Source: Myxococcota bacterium (GTDB lineage: Bacteria > Myxococcota_A > UBA9160 > UBA4427). From it: a DNA stretch of 64,000 nt. The DNA lies in contig OZ252299.1 in NCBI GenBank assembly GCA_965250285.1, forward strand, positions 3,904,001 through 3,968,000. Direction: 5' to 3'. The notes under the pieces were generated by a model. It worked only from the letters and a program-made list of their open reading frames with translations. It did not search any database and was not told the origin of the DNA. How positions within the stretch are numbered: the first letter of the stretch is position 1; the number at the start of each line of letters is the position of its first letter. Of this stretch, positions 37,447-47,064 are shown one piece after another. A program made the position numbers and the translations under genes.

Positions 37447-40400
37447 CGCTTCGCCGGTCGCTCCCGCCTCCCGATCAGCCCGACGCCCACGAGCATCAGC
37501 ATGACCGCTGCGATCCACTGCCCGACCGGGCCCGCCACGGGCACCGCGTGGGCGCACGCGCCGGGGTTCGGCACGCAGTCGTTGCCGTCGGCCGGATCGA
37601 ACTGATCCATCACCCCGTCGAAGTCGGCATCGGCCACCGACGACTCGAGATAGTCGGGCGTGCCGTCGCCATCGGTGTCGGCCAGCTCGGTCTCTTCGAA
37701 GTCGGTCGCGCCGTCGCCGTCGCTGTCGTACGAGCAGACCGAGACGAAGACCTCGGGCAGGCATCCGTCGTCGTTGGCCGGATCGCTCTGGTCGACCGTG
37801 CCGTCGCCATCGGCGTCGGCGATCGACGACTCGAGGTAGTCGGGATCGCCGTCTCCATCGGCGTCGGCCGTCTCGCCCTCGGCGAAGTCGGTCGCACCGT
37901 CGCCGTCGCTGTCCTGCGTGCACTCGGCGATGAAGACCTCGGGCACGCACGTGTCGGCGTCGGCCGGATCACTCTGGTCGACCGTGCCGTCTGCATCGGC
38001 GTCGGCGATCGACGATTCGAGATAGTCCGGGGTGCCATCGCCGTCGGTGTCGGTCGTCTCGCCTTCGGCGAAGTCGGTCGCCCCGTCGCCGTCCGTATCC
38101 TGGGTGCAGGCTGCTACGAAGGCTGCGGGCACACACGCGTCGTCGTTGGCGGGATCGGTCTGGTCATCGACGCCGTCGGCGTCGGCATCGGCGAGAATCG
38201 ACTCGAGATAGTCGGGCGTCCCGTCGCCATCCGCGTCGGCCAGCTCGCCCTCGAAGAAGTCGGTCAGCCCGTCGCCGTCCGAATCCTGACCGCAAGCCGC
38301 CACGAACACCTGCGGGACGCAGGTGTCGACATCGTCGGCGTCGGTCTGATCGGGCGTGCCGTCGCTGTCGGCGTCGGCGACCGACGACTCGAGATAGTCG
38401 GGCGTGCCGTCGCCATCGGCATCGGCGAGCTCGCCCTCGGCGAAGTCGGTCGCCCCGTCGCCGTCGCTGTCCTGCGCACACGCGGCGATGAACACCTGCG
38501 GCACGCAGGTGTCGGCGTCATCGGCATCGGCCTGATCGGCGGTGCCGTCGCTGTCGGCGTCTGCGAGCGACGACTCGAGATAGTCGGGCGTGCCGTCGCC
38601 ATCGGCGTCGGCGAGCTCGCCCTCGGCGAAGTCGCTGACGCCGTCGCCGTCGGTGTCCTGAGCGCACGCGGCCACGAAGACCTGCGGCGCGCACGCGTCG
38701 CCGTCCGCTGCATCGGCCTGATCCGGCGTGCCGTCACTGTCGGCGTCGGCGAGCGACGATTCGAGGTAGTCGGGCGTGCCGTCGCCGTCGCTGTCCGTCA
38801 GCTCGCCTTCGGCGAAGTCGGTGGCGCCGTCGCCATCGCTGTCCTGGGCGCACGCCGCCACGAACACCTGCGGTGCGCACGCGTCGGCGTCGGCTGCGTC
38901 CGCCTGATCGGGTGTGCCGTCATTGTCGGCGTCGGCCAGCGACGACTCGAGATAGTCGGGGGTGCCGTCGCCGTCGGTGTCGGTGAGCTCGCCTTCGGCG
39001 AAGTCGCTCGCCCCGTCGCCGTCGCTGTCCTGCGCACACGCGGCGATGAACACCTGCGGGACGCAGGTGTCGGCGTCATCGGCATCGACCTGATCCGCTG
39101 TGCCATCACTGTCGGCGTCGGCGACCGACGACTCGAGGTAGTCGGGCGTCCCGTCGCCGTCCGCGTCGGCGAGTTCACCCTCGGCGAAGTCGGTCGCGCC
39201 GTCGCCGTCGCTGTCCTGCGCGCAGGCGGCGATGAATACCTGCGGGATGCAGGTGTCGGCATCGTCGGCGTCCGCCTGATCGGCCGTGCCGTCGCTGTCG
39301 GCGTCGGCGACCGACGACTCGAGGTAGTCGGGGGTGCCGTCGCCGTCGCTGTCGGTCAGCTGGCCCTCGGCGAAGTCGCTCGCGCCGTCGCCGTCGCTGT
39401 CCTGCGCACACGCCGCCACGAAGACCTGGGGCACGCATGCATCGCCGTCGGCCGCGTCGGCCTGATCGGCGGTGCCGTCCGCGTCGGCATCGGCCAGCGA
39501 CGACTCGAGGTAGTCGGGGGTGCCGTCGCCGTCGCTGTCGGTGAGCTCGCCTTCGGCGAAGTCGGTCGCGCCGTCGCCGTCGCTGTCCTGGGCGCACGCC
39601 GCCACGAAGACCTGCGGTGCGCAGGCGTCGCCGTCCGCCGCATCGGCCTGATCCGGCGTGCCGTCACTGTCGGCGTCGGCCAGCGACGACTCGAGGTAGT
39701 CGGGGGTGCCGTCGCCGTCGCTGTCGGTGAGCTCACCTTCGGCGAAGTCGGTGGCGCCGTCCCCATCGGTGTCCTGCCCACAGGCCGCCACGAAGACCTC
39801 GGGCGCGCAGGCGTCGCCATCGGCCGCGTCGGCCTGATCCGGCGTGCCGTCACTGTCGGCGTCGGCCAGCGACGACTCGAGGTAGTCGGGCGTCCCGTCG
39901 CCGTCGCTGTCGGTCAGCTCGCCTTCCGCGAAGTCCGTGGCGCCGTCGCCATCGGTGTCCTGGGCGCAGGCCGCCACGAACACCTGCGGGACGCAGGTGT
40001 CGGCGTCGCCCGCGTCGGCCTGATCGGGCGTCCCGTCGCCGTCGGCATCGGCCAGCGACGACTCGAGGTAGTCGGGGGTGCCGTCGCCGTCGCTGTCGGT
40101 CAGCTGGCCCTCAGCGAAGTCGCTCACGCCGTCGCCGTCGCTGTCCTGCGCACACGCGGCCACGAACACCTGGGGCACGCACGCGTCGCCGTCGCCCGCG
40201 TCGGCCTGATCCGGCGTGCCGTCGCCGTCGGCATCGGCCAGCGCCGATTCGAGGTAGTCGGGGGTGCCGTCCCCATCGCTATCCGTGAGCTCGCCTTCGG
40301 CAAAGTCGGTGGTGCCGTCGCCGTCGCTGTCCTGCGCACAGGCCGCCACGAACACCTGCGGTGCGCAGGCATCGCCGTCGGCCGCGTCGGTCTGATCCGG

Positions 40401-43400
40401 CGTGCCGTCGCTGTCGGCGTCGGCGAGCGACGACTCGAGATAGTCGGGGGTGCCGTCGCCGTCGCTGTCGGTGAGCTCGCCTTCGGCGAAGTCGCTCGCC
40501 CCGTCGCCGTCGCTGTCCTGCGCACAGGCCGCCACGAACACCTGCGGTGCGCAGGCATCGCCGTCGGCCGCGTCGGCCTGATCGGGCGTGCCGTCGCCGT
40601 CGGCATCGGCGACCGACGACTCGAGATAGTCGGGCGTGCCGTCGCCATCGGCGTCGGCGAGCTCGCCCTCGTCGAAGTCGCTCGTGCCGTCGCCGTCGCT
40701 GTCCTGGGCGCACGAAGCGACGAACACCTGCGGAACGCACGTGTCGGCGTCGTCCGCATCAACCTGATCGGGCGTCCCGTCGCTGTCGGTGTCGGCGACC
40801 GACGACTCGAGGTAGTCGGGGGTGCCGTCGCCGTCGCTGTCGGTGAGCTCGCCCTCGTCGAAGTCACTCGTGCCGTCGCCGTCGCTGTCCTGAGCGCACG
40901 CCGCCACGAACACCTGCGGCGCGCAGGCGTCGCCATCGGCCGCATCGGCCTGGTCGGGCGTGCCGTCGCCATCCGCATCGGCGAGCGACGACTCGAGATA
41001 GTCGGGCGTGCCATCGCCGTCACTGTCGGTGAGCTGACCCTCGGCGAAGTCGCTCGCGCCGTCGCCGTCGCTGTCCTGTGCACAGGCCGCCACGAACACC
41101 TGCGGTGCGCAGGCGTCGCCGTCGGCCGCGTCGGCCTGATCCGGCGTGCCGTCGCCGTCGGCATCGGCCAGCGATGACTCGAGGTAGTCGGGCGTGCCGT
41201 CGCCGTCGCTGTCGGTCAGCTGGCCTTCGGCGAAGTCGCTCGTACCGTCGCCATCGCTGTCCAGCGCGCAGGCGGCGACGAAGACCTGGGGCACGCACGT
41301 ATCGCCATCGCCCGGGTCCGACTCGTCGGGCGTGCCGTCGGCGTCGGCGTCGGTCAGCGACGACTCGAGGTAGTCGGGCGTGCCGTCCCCATCGCTGTCG
41401 GTGAACTCGCCTTCGGCGAAGTCGGTGGCACCGTCGCCGTCGCTGTCCTGCGCGCAGGCGCCGACGAACACGTCGGGCAGACACGCGTCGGCGTCGGCTG
41501 CGTCTTCTTCATCAACCGTGCCGTCGCCGTCTGCATCGTCGAGGGACGACTCGAGGTAGTCGGGCGTGCCATCGCCGTCGGTGTCGACCGTTTCTCCCTC
41601 TTCGAAGTCGCTCGTGCCGTCGCCATCCGTGTCCTGGGCGCAAGCCGCGACGAAGGCCGTCGGCACGCACGCATCGGCGTTCGCGGGGTCGAACTCGTCG
41701 GTGACGCCATCGGCGTCGGTATCGGCGAGCGAAGACTCGAGATAGTCGGGGGTACCGTCGGCGTCGGCGTCGGCCAGCTCGGTCTCGTCGAAGTCGCTCT
41801 CGCCGTCGCCGTCGCTGTCCTGTGCGCAGGCGCCGACGAAGACCTCGGGCACGCAGGGGTCTGCGGGCGCGCCGTCGGTCAGGTTGGGCGTGCCGTCGCC
41901 GTCATCGTCGTCGAAGACCCCGAGATCACCCGATTCGGCCTCGCGCAGGAAGCTCGCGAGCTCGGTCACCGTGCCTGCAGGAAGGCTCGCGAACGCGGTG
42001 TGCGCGGTGATGGCGGCCTCGAGCGTCTGAGCCTCACCGTCGTGCAGGAACGGCGGGGTCGACCAGGCGCCGACCAACCCCGGCGAGTCGAAGCCGTCGA
42101 GGGGGGCATTCAGGCGCAGGCCGCTCGCCGCATCGATCGTGCCGATGTCGTGGCGCAGGCCGAGGGGAGAGTCGGTCAGCTGGGTGGCGCTGTGGCAGTC
42201 GAGACAGCCCTGTTGCGCGAACTCGATCTGACCCGCCTGCGCGGTCGCGCTCATTGCGCCGGCGCTCGGCCGATGCGGACTGGTCGGCGTCTCGGTCAGC
42301 GACAGGACATAGGCCGCGAGCGCATCGAGGTCGGCGTTCATGCCGGCCTTCGCCGCGCCGAGCGGGTCGCCGGCCGCAGCGAACTGTGCGGGCGTCAGGA
42401 AGCCGAGCCCGAGGTTGAGCGACCGAATCTGGCCCTCGAAATCCTGCACCTCGTCGAAGTTGCCCGTCCAATGCAGCAGACCGTGGCCATCGCCCTTGCC
42501 CTTGAGCGAGATCGTCTTGCGCAGCCCCTCGCCGAACTGACCGAGATCCCACGTTCGACCATCGTCTCGGCCGTTCTTGTGGCACGAGGCGCAGCTCATG
42601 TAGTTGTCGAGCGAGAGACGATCGTCGGCCGCGTCGTAGAAGTGCTGCTTGCCGAGCAGAACGTCGGGCGTCAACGACTCGACGCTCACGACGGGCACCG
42701 GCGAGAGCAGGTTCGTCGCCGGCAGGTTCTTCTGCAGCATCTCGGTGAGGTCGAAGCGCGAGACGCTGCGGTCGAGGAAGTTGTGCACGTAGGCGCGGCT
42801 GCCGTCGGTCGACAGCGCGACGCTCTGCGGCGCGCGGCCCGTGGGCAGGCGCATCAGCTGGAAGCCGTTGAGCGTGTCGTAGACCGCGAGCTCACGGCTC
42901 GTCTCGAGCGTCACGAACAGATATCGATCGTCACCGCTCAGCGCTGCGCCCGTCGCCACACTCGAATTGTCGTGATCGACGCGGAAGAGCGGATCCTCGA
43001 GCTCGGTCGACAGGATGATGCGCGACGTGTTCGCGCGCACGGTCGACTCGAACGTCATCCCCGGCATGCCGCGGAGCAGACCGGTCTGGATGTTGTCCTT
43101 CTTGGTCGGCACGTAAGCGAACTGGCCGTCGAAGCTCACCACCGGCGCGCCGAGATAGTTCGGCAGGCCCGGCCCCTGCACCTCGGACTGCGAGCGTCCA
43201 TCGTGGGGCAGGCCGATCGTCGTGCCGAGCGTCATCGCGGCGGGATCGACGGTGAAGACTTCGCCGCCACCGGCGCCGAGGTTGGGCGTCACCGTGTACT
43301 CGTCGGGGACCGGCGGGGTGATGAAGTTGCTGACGAAGAGCTTGCTGTCGTCGTGCGTGAGCGACAGGTGCCTGGGCGTGCCGCTCAGCGGCAGGCTCGC

Positions 43401-46400
43401 GACCAGCGAGTGGTCGGCTGCGAGACGCTTCTCGAGCGTGGCCGTCGCCTCGAGCACGACGAAGTAGTGCAAACCGTCGCTGCTGAACACGATGCCGTGA
43501 GGCGCCGTGCCATGAGGCAGATCGAACGTGTGGTCGACGGCCAGCAGCACCGTGTCGATGACGCTCACCTGCGCCGACGCCTTGTTCGTGACGAACACGC
43601 GATCGGCCCCGGGCTGCTTCGCGAGCGACCAGGGGTTGTCACCGACGACGATCTCGGCGACCACGCTGCCGGCGTCGTCCATGGCGCTGACGGTGTCGTT
43701 GTCGGGGTTCACATTCCAGATGCGATCCCCGGCGCCGGTGTCCTCGACCAGCAGGGTCGTCGACAGACGCGGCGCCGAAGGCAGGGGCGTCACCGGCACG
43801 AGCGAGCTGATCGAGATCTGGCCGATCTCGGTCCGCCGCGCGGTCGGTGTGGGGTAGTCGGCGCCGGTCTGGTCGTCGAGGACATCCCAGGTGGCCCCAT
43901 CCGTGCTGCCCTCGAGGAGCCAGCGCACGGGGTCGCGTCCGTCCTGATCGTTCGCCGTCGTGAACGTATAGAAGTCGATCTCGACGTTCTGCCCCATGTC
44001 GAGCACGAGGGGCTGTCGGTTCGTATCGCGCCACTTCGTGTTCGTGTTCTCGTCGTTGACGCGCCCCGCCGAGTCGTTGCTGCCGTTGTTGCCGCCGGGG
44101 TTGGTCACCGCGAAGGCGAGCGTGCGCGTCGCGCCCTGGTACAGCGAGAACTCCGAGAGCTGTACCGAGTTGGCGCCCGCGTCGTCGCGCAGCTGGGTCG
44201 GCGTGAACCGGTAGTAGCGATAGCCCGGGAAGGTCGTCGGGATCAGCCTCGCGTCGGCCCAATCGGCGCTGTCCCCGCAGCCGTCGCCGTTGTCGAAGAC
44301 CTTGAGCGTCAGCATCTGGGCGCCTGCGACGTCGAGGTTGACCACCTCCGTGAGCGTCGTATCGATGAAGCTCCCGCTCGCATAGACGTTGACGTGATCG
44401 AGATCGACCTCGAAGCTCACGTCACCACACAGGCCGTCCCTTTCATCATCGAGGCCGATGCGCGAGATGAACCGGTCGTACTGACCGTCGAGGCGCACGT
44501 CGATCTCACTGAACGCGTGCACGCCGATGCCCTTGTCGTAGATGACACCATCGAGCGTGAGCGGCCCGCCGTCTGCAATGGCCGCGCCGCCGTTGGCGCT
44601 GTCGCGTTCGGCCGGCCCGAGGCCGTTGACCTCGCTGTCCCAGACGAGATCCGAGACGTAGACGCCGCCCTCGGGCTCGGGCGGGGGCACGAAGGCGCGC
44701 TGCACGTTGATCGTCTCGCCGATCGAAGGCGTCCCGTCGGCCTGCACCGCGAACAGCCAGTAGTTGCCCACGATGAGCACGTTCGGGTTGGCCGGGAAGC
44801 TCACCGTGAACGTGCCGTCGCCGTTGTCGACATGGCTCAGCGGCAGGAAGCGCTGGTCGGTGTTCAGGTGATGCGTGGTGCCCGAGAGGCGCACGATCGA
44901 GAACGAGGCCGTATCGGCGCTCGCGGTCACGACGAGGTCGTCGCCGGCGTTCAAGACGGTATCTGCCGGGACCGACAGGGTCGGACGCACGGCCGGGCTG
45001 TCGTCGCTCTCGAACAGATACGGCGGCGAGAAGATCTGGCCATCGAGGTGATTCGCGCTGCAGCCACCGCACGCGCCACCGCCCGCCGCGAGCACGCGGC
45101 CATCCTTGAGCAGCAGAGCCGTCGAGTGGTAGTTGCGCGGGATCGAGATCGCGTCGACGACTTCCCAGCTGTCGGTCGCCGGATCGTAGATCTCGGCCGG
45201 CAGCACCGAGCCTTCGTCACTGAAGATCTTCGCGACGGTATTGCCACCGATCACGAGGACCTGACCGTTCGGCATCACCACCGAGTTGCTGAGCGCGCGG
45301 GGGAAGGTCATCGGAGCGCCCTGCGTGAGTAGGGGCGCGGGGCCGTTCAGGTCGATCAGGTAGACGTTGTCGACGGTGGTCGGGGGATCGGCGCGACGAT
45401 CGGCCCCGCCGATCAGCATGAGCTTGCCCGCGTCGTAGTTGACGGCGTTGCCGTACATGCGGGGGCTGTCGCCGATCATCTGGCCGAGGACGACGTTCGG
45501 TGCCCCCCCGATCGGATCGAATCGATGCCAGGTCTGGGTCGGGCCCGCCATCATGATGTCGCCCTGGGGCGCCACGGTGAGATGCGACCACCACTCGTGG
45601 TTCAGCGCGCCCGTCGGGTTGGGCGCCGACTGGATCGCACTCTGCTCGCTCACCAGCGTCTGCATGTTCGCGTTGGGCGTGGCCGTCCAGGTATTCGTCG
45701 CGGGGTCGTAGAGCTCCGAACGGTTGCCCGCGTCCTTGCCGAAGCTCGAGAAGACCCGGTTGTCGGGCATCGTCACGTTCGTCGCGTACCAGCGACGGTC
45801 GATCATGTCGGCCCGGGGCGACCACTCGAGGCTGTCGGGATCGAACGCCGACGTGCGCCGATCGCTCGGATTGCCGCCGCTCGCGAGGATCGTGCCGTCC
45901 TCGAGGGTCGTGATCCCAGCGCAGAACATGTCGTGAAAATTGCTGTCGGCGTTCAGGAACGACGCGTCGGTCGGGTCGAAGACCGAGGCGTGGGTGAACG
46001 TCGGGCCGCTCGGGAAGCGGTTCGTCTCGGTCGACGACCACGAGACGATGCGGCCATCGGGCAGGTTGGCCGCCGAGATCGCAATGTGCGGCCACTGGAT
46101 CACCGGCCCCCAGCTGCCCACGAGATGCTCGTCCGAGCTCGTGTACGAGAGCACCCCGTCGGGCGGGATCGGCTCGTAGGTGGGGTTGCCCGTCTTGTAG
46201 CCGGCCTCGATGAGCTGACCGCCCGTCTTCTCGAACATCTCGACGCGCAGGTCGTGCAGACCCGGCGTCAAGGTCACCGAGTTGACGACCGTGGTCGGGC
46301 CGTGGAGACCGTCGTTGTCGACGATCAGCACATCGTCGATATAGAGGCGAGAGCCGTCGTCCGAGCGCGTGTAGAACTCGTAGTCGGCCTCGGTCGGGAC

Positions 46401-46682
46401 ATCGATCTGCTTGTAGAAGACGAGGCCGAAGTTGTCGGTCAGCCCCTCGTTGACCGCGGCCGACACGTGGATGGTCGGTCGCACCACGGTGGCGACGGGG
46501 GTCAGCAGTGTGAAGTCGGGCAGCTGGTTCCAGCTACCGCTGTAGACGTCGACGTCGAACTCGGCCTCGGCCCGCTGCGCCCCGCCGGCGAGGCCTAAGA
46601 ACGTGAGAACGACCGCCAGCACGAGTCGGGCACGGCGTCCCGGCGGGAATCGAAGCACGTCGGTGGGGGGGATCGGGCGCAC
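37443..46682 (-). CDS. Giant surface-anchored multidomain oxidoreductase: signal peptide, PA14, galactose oxidase kelch + C-terminal Ig (DUF1929), NPCBM/NEW2, F5/8-like, YVTN-type beta-propeller, di-heme cytochrome c peroxidase-like, 23 acidic repeats, TM anchor
   Basis: ORF of 3123 aa, likely start GTG 46682 after GGAG. PA14 F.TRSDDGSRLYIDD..IVDNDGLH. Oxidase residues HDMFC, RWY, RNYHS, TTHH. NPCBM YVSDL.W...NG.GP.ERD...YDKGIGVH. Heme motifs CASCH and CLDCH with LHWTGNFDEVQDFE. C-terminus VP-TM-RR. Confidence 0.88.
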   Translation of the reverse strand: MRPIPPTDVLRFPPGRRARLVLAVVLTFLGLAGGAQRAEAEFDVDVYSGSWNQLPDFTLLTPVATVVRPTIHVSAAVNEGLTDNFGLVFYKQIDVPTEADYEFYTRSDDGSRLYIDDVLIVDNDGLHGPTTVVNSVTLTPGLHDLRVEMFEKTGGQLIEAGYKTGNPTYEPIPPDGVLSYTSSDEHLVGSWGPVIQWPHIAISAANLPDGRIVSWSSTETNRFPSGPTFTHASVFDPTDASFLNADSNFHDMFCAGITTLEDGTILASGGNPSDRRTSAFDPDSLEWSPRADMIDRRWYATNVTMPDNRVFSSFGKDAGNRSELYDPATNTWTATPNANMQTLVSEQSAIQSAPNPTGALNHEWWSHLTVAPQGDIMMAGPTQTWHRFDPIGGAPNVVLGQMIGDSPRMYGNAVNYDAGKLMLIGGADRRADPPTTVDNVYLIDLNGPAPLLTQGAPMTFPRALSNSVVMPNGQVLVIGGNTVAKIFSDEGSVLPAEIYDPATDSWEVVDAISIPRNYHSTALLLKDGRVLAAGGGACGGCSANHLDGQIFSPPYLFESDDSPAVRPTLSVPADTVLNAGDDLVVTASADTASFSIVRLSGTTHHLNTDQRFLPLSHVDNGDGTFTVSFPANPNVLIVGNYWLFAVQADGTPSIGETINVQRAFVPPPEPEGGVYVSDLVWDSEVNGLGPAERDSANGGAAIADGGPLTLDGVIYDKGIGVHAFSEIDVRLDGQYDRFISRIGLDDERDGLCGDVSFEVDLDHVNVYASGSFIDTTLTEVVNLDVAGAQMLTLKVFDNGDGCGDSADWADARLIPTTFPGYRYYRFTPTQLRDDAGANSVQLSEFSLYQGATRTLAFAVTNPGGNNGSNDSAGRVNDENTNTKWRDTNRQPLVLDMGQNVEIDFYTFTTANDQDGRDPVRWLLEGSTDGATWDVLDDQTGADYPTPTARRTEIGQISISSLVPVTPLPSAPRLSTTLLVEDTGAGDRIWNVNPDNDTVSAMDDAGSVVAEIVVGDNPWSLAKQPGADRVFVTNKASAQVSVIDTVLLAVDHTFDLPHGTAPHGIVFSSDGLHYFVVLEATATLEKRLAADHSLVASLPLSGTPRHLSLTHDDSKLFVSNFITPPVPDEYTVTPNLGAGGGEVFTVDPAAMTLGTTIGLPHDGRSQSEVQGPGLPNYLGAPVVSFDGQFAYVPTKKDNIQTGLLRGMPGMTFESTVRANTSRIILSTELEDPLFRVDHDNSSVATGAALSGDDRYLFVTLETSRELAVYDTLNGFQLMRLPTGRAPQSVALSTDGSRAYVHNFLDRSVSRFDLTEMLQKNLPATNLLSPVPVVSVESLTPDVLLGKQHFYDAADDRLSLDNYMSCASCHKNGRDDGRTWDLGQFGEGLRKTISLKGKGDGHGLLHWTGNFDEVQDFEGQIRSLNLGLGFLTPAQFAAAGDPLGAAKAGMNADLDALAAYVLSLTETPTSPHRPSAGAMSATAQAGQIEFAQQGCLDCHSATQLTDSPLGLRHDIGTIDAASGLRLNAPLDGFDSPGLVGAWSTPPFLHDGEAQTLEAAITAHTAFASLPAGTVTELASFLREAESGDLGVFDDDDGDGTPNLTDGAPADPCVPEVFVGACAQDSDGDGESDFDETELADADADGTPDYLESSLADTDADGVTDEFDPANADACVPTAFVAACAQDTDGDGTSDFEEGETVDTDGDGTPDYLESSLDDADGDGTVDEEDAADADACLPDVFVGACAQDSDGDGATDFAEGEFTDSDGDGTPDYLESSLTDADADGTPDESDPGDGDTCVPQVFVAACALDSDGDGTSDFAEGQLTDSDGDGTPDYLESSLADADGDGTPDQADAADGDACAPQVFVAACAQDSDGDGASDFAEGQLTDSDGDGTPDYLESSLADADGDGTPDQADAADGDACAPQVFVAACAQDSDGDGTSDFDEGELTDSDGDGTPDYLESSVADTDSDGTPDQVDADDADTCVPQVFVASCAQDSDGDGTSDFDEGELADADGDGTPDYLESSVADADGDGTPDQADAADGDACAPQVFVAACAQDSDGDGASDFAEGELTDSDGDGTPDYLESSLADADSDGTPDQTDAADGDACAPQVFVAACAQDSDGDGTTDFAEGELTDSDGDGTPDYLESALADADGDGTPDQADAGDGDACVPQVFVAACAQDSDGDGVSDFAEGQLTDSDGDGTPDYLESSLADADGDGTPDQADAGDADTCVPQVFVAACAQDTDGDGATDFAEGELTDSDGDGTPDYLESSLADADSDGTPDQADAADGDACAPEVFVAACGQDTDGDGATDFAEGELTDSDGDGTPDYLESSLADADSDGTPDQADAADGDACAPQVFVAACAQDSDGDGATDFAEGELTDSDGDGTPDYLESSLADADADGTADQADAADGDACVPQVFVAACAQDSDGDGASDFAEGQLTDSDGDGTPDYLESSVADADSDGTADQADADDADTCIPQVFIAACAQDSDGDGATDFAEGELADADGDGTPDYLESSVADADSDGTADQVDADDADTCVPQVFIAACAQDSDGDGASDFAEGELTDTDGDGTPDYLESSLADADNDGTPDQADAADADACAPQVFVAACAQDSDGDGATDFAEGELTDSDGDGTPDYLESSLADADSDGTPDQADAADGDACAPQVFVAACAQDTDGDGVSDFAEGELADADGDGTPDYLESSLADADSDGTADQADADDADTCVPQVFIAACAQDSDGDGATDFAEGELADADGDGTPDYLESSVADADSDGTPDQTDADDVDTCVPQVFVAACGQDSDGDGLTDFFEGELADADGDGTPDYLESILADADADGVDDQTDPANDDACVPAAFVAACTQDTDGDGATDFAEGETTDTDGDGTPDYLESSIADADADGTVDQSDPADADTCVPEVFIAECTQDSDGDGATDFAEGETADADGDGDPDYLESSIADADGDGTVDQSDPANDDGCLPEVFVSVCSYDSDGDGATDFEETELADTDGDGTPDYLESSVADADFDGVMDQFDPADGNDCVPNPGACAHAVPVAGPVGQWIAAVMLMLVGVGLIGRRERPAKR
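37550..41915 (-). repeat. Intragenic tandem repeat: 23 units of 186 bp (62 aa) plus a partial unit
   Basis: Consensus LADADGDGTPDQADAADGDACAPQVFVAACAQDSDGDGASDFAEGELTDSDGDGTPDYLESS. I counted 23 PDYLES motifs, with a period of 186 nt (e.g. 37642 to 37828). Boundaries approximate. Confidence 0.95.
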
Positions 46683-47064
46683 GAAGACTCCAGCGGCGGC
46701 GCACGATTCGACGGTCGAGCCCGGGCCCGGATCGACCGGGCAGCGAGGACCGCCAATCGCGTGACGATTCGACGATATGGGGCCCATCTGCTGCGGCAGG
46801 CTCGCCGGCGGCAACCCAGCAAACCCTCGTCACGGTGGCGCCGGGCCCCTCGGCGCCCCATGTCGTGAGTGTCGATTCTACGCACTTGGTGGCGCTACGT
46901 GACGAAGATTACGGACGGATCCGGCAAAATCGGTCGCGCGTCGAGCGCGAGCACAGGGCGGCCTGGGACGAGCCGCGACCAGCCCCGCGCGGATCGGCCC
47001 GGTATGCTCGTAAGTCACCGGATCCGCGCTTCAACTCGCCCGCGATCCAGCCGAGAGAACCCGC

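Noticed and set aside
37548..41177. 1209-aa plus-strand ORF, and the 1110-aa ORF at 42000-45332
   Set aside because: Antisense shadows of the giant minus-strand gene. Its GC-rich, repetitive codons leave the opposite frame free of stops, and the translations show no protein motifs.
37550..41915. Tandem repeat considered as a CRISPR array or non-coding satellite
   Set aside because: The period is 186 nt (a multiple of 3), there are no unique spacers, variation is largely codon-wise, the array lies in an open frame and no cas genes are present.
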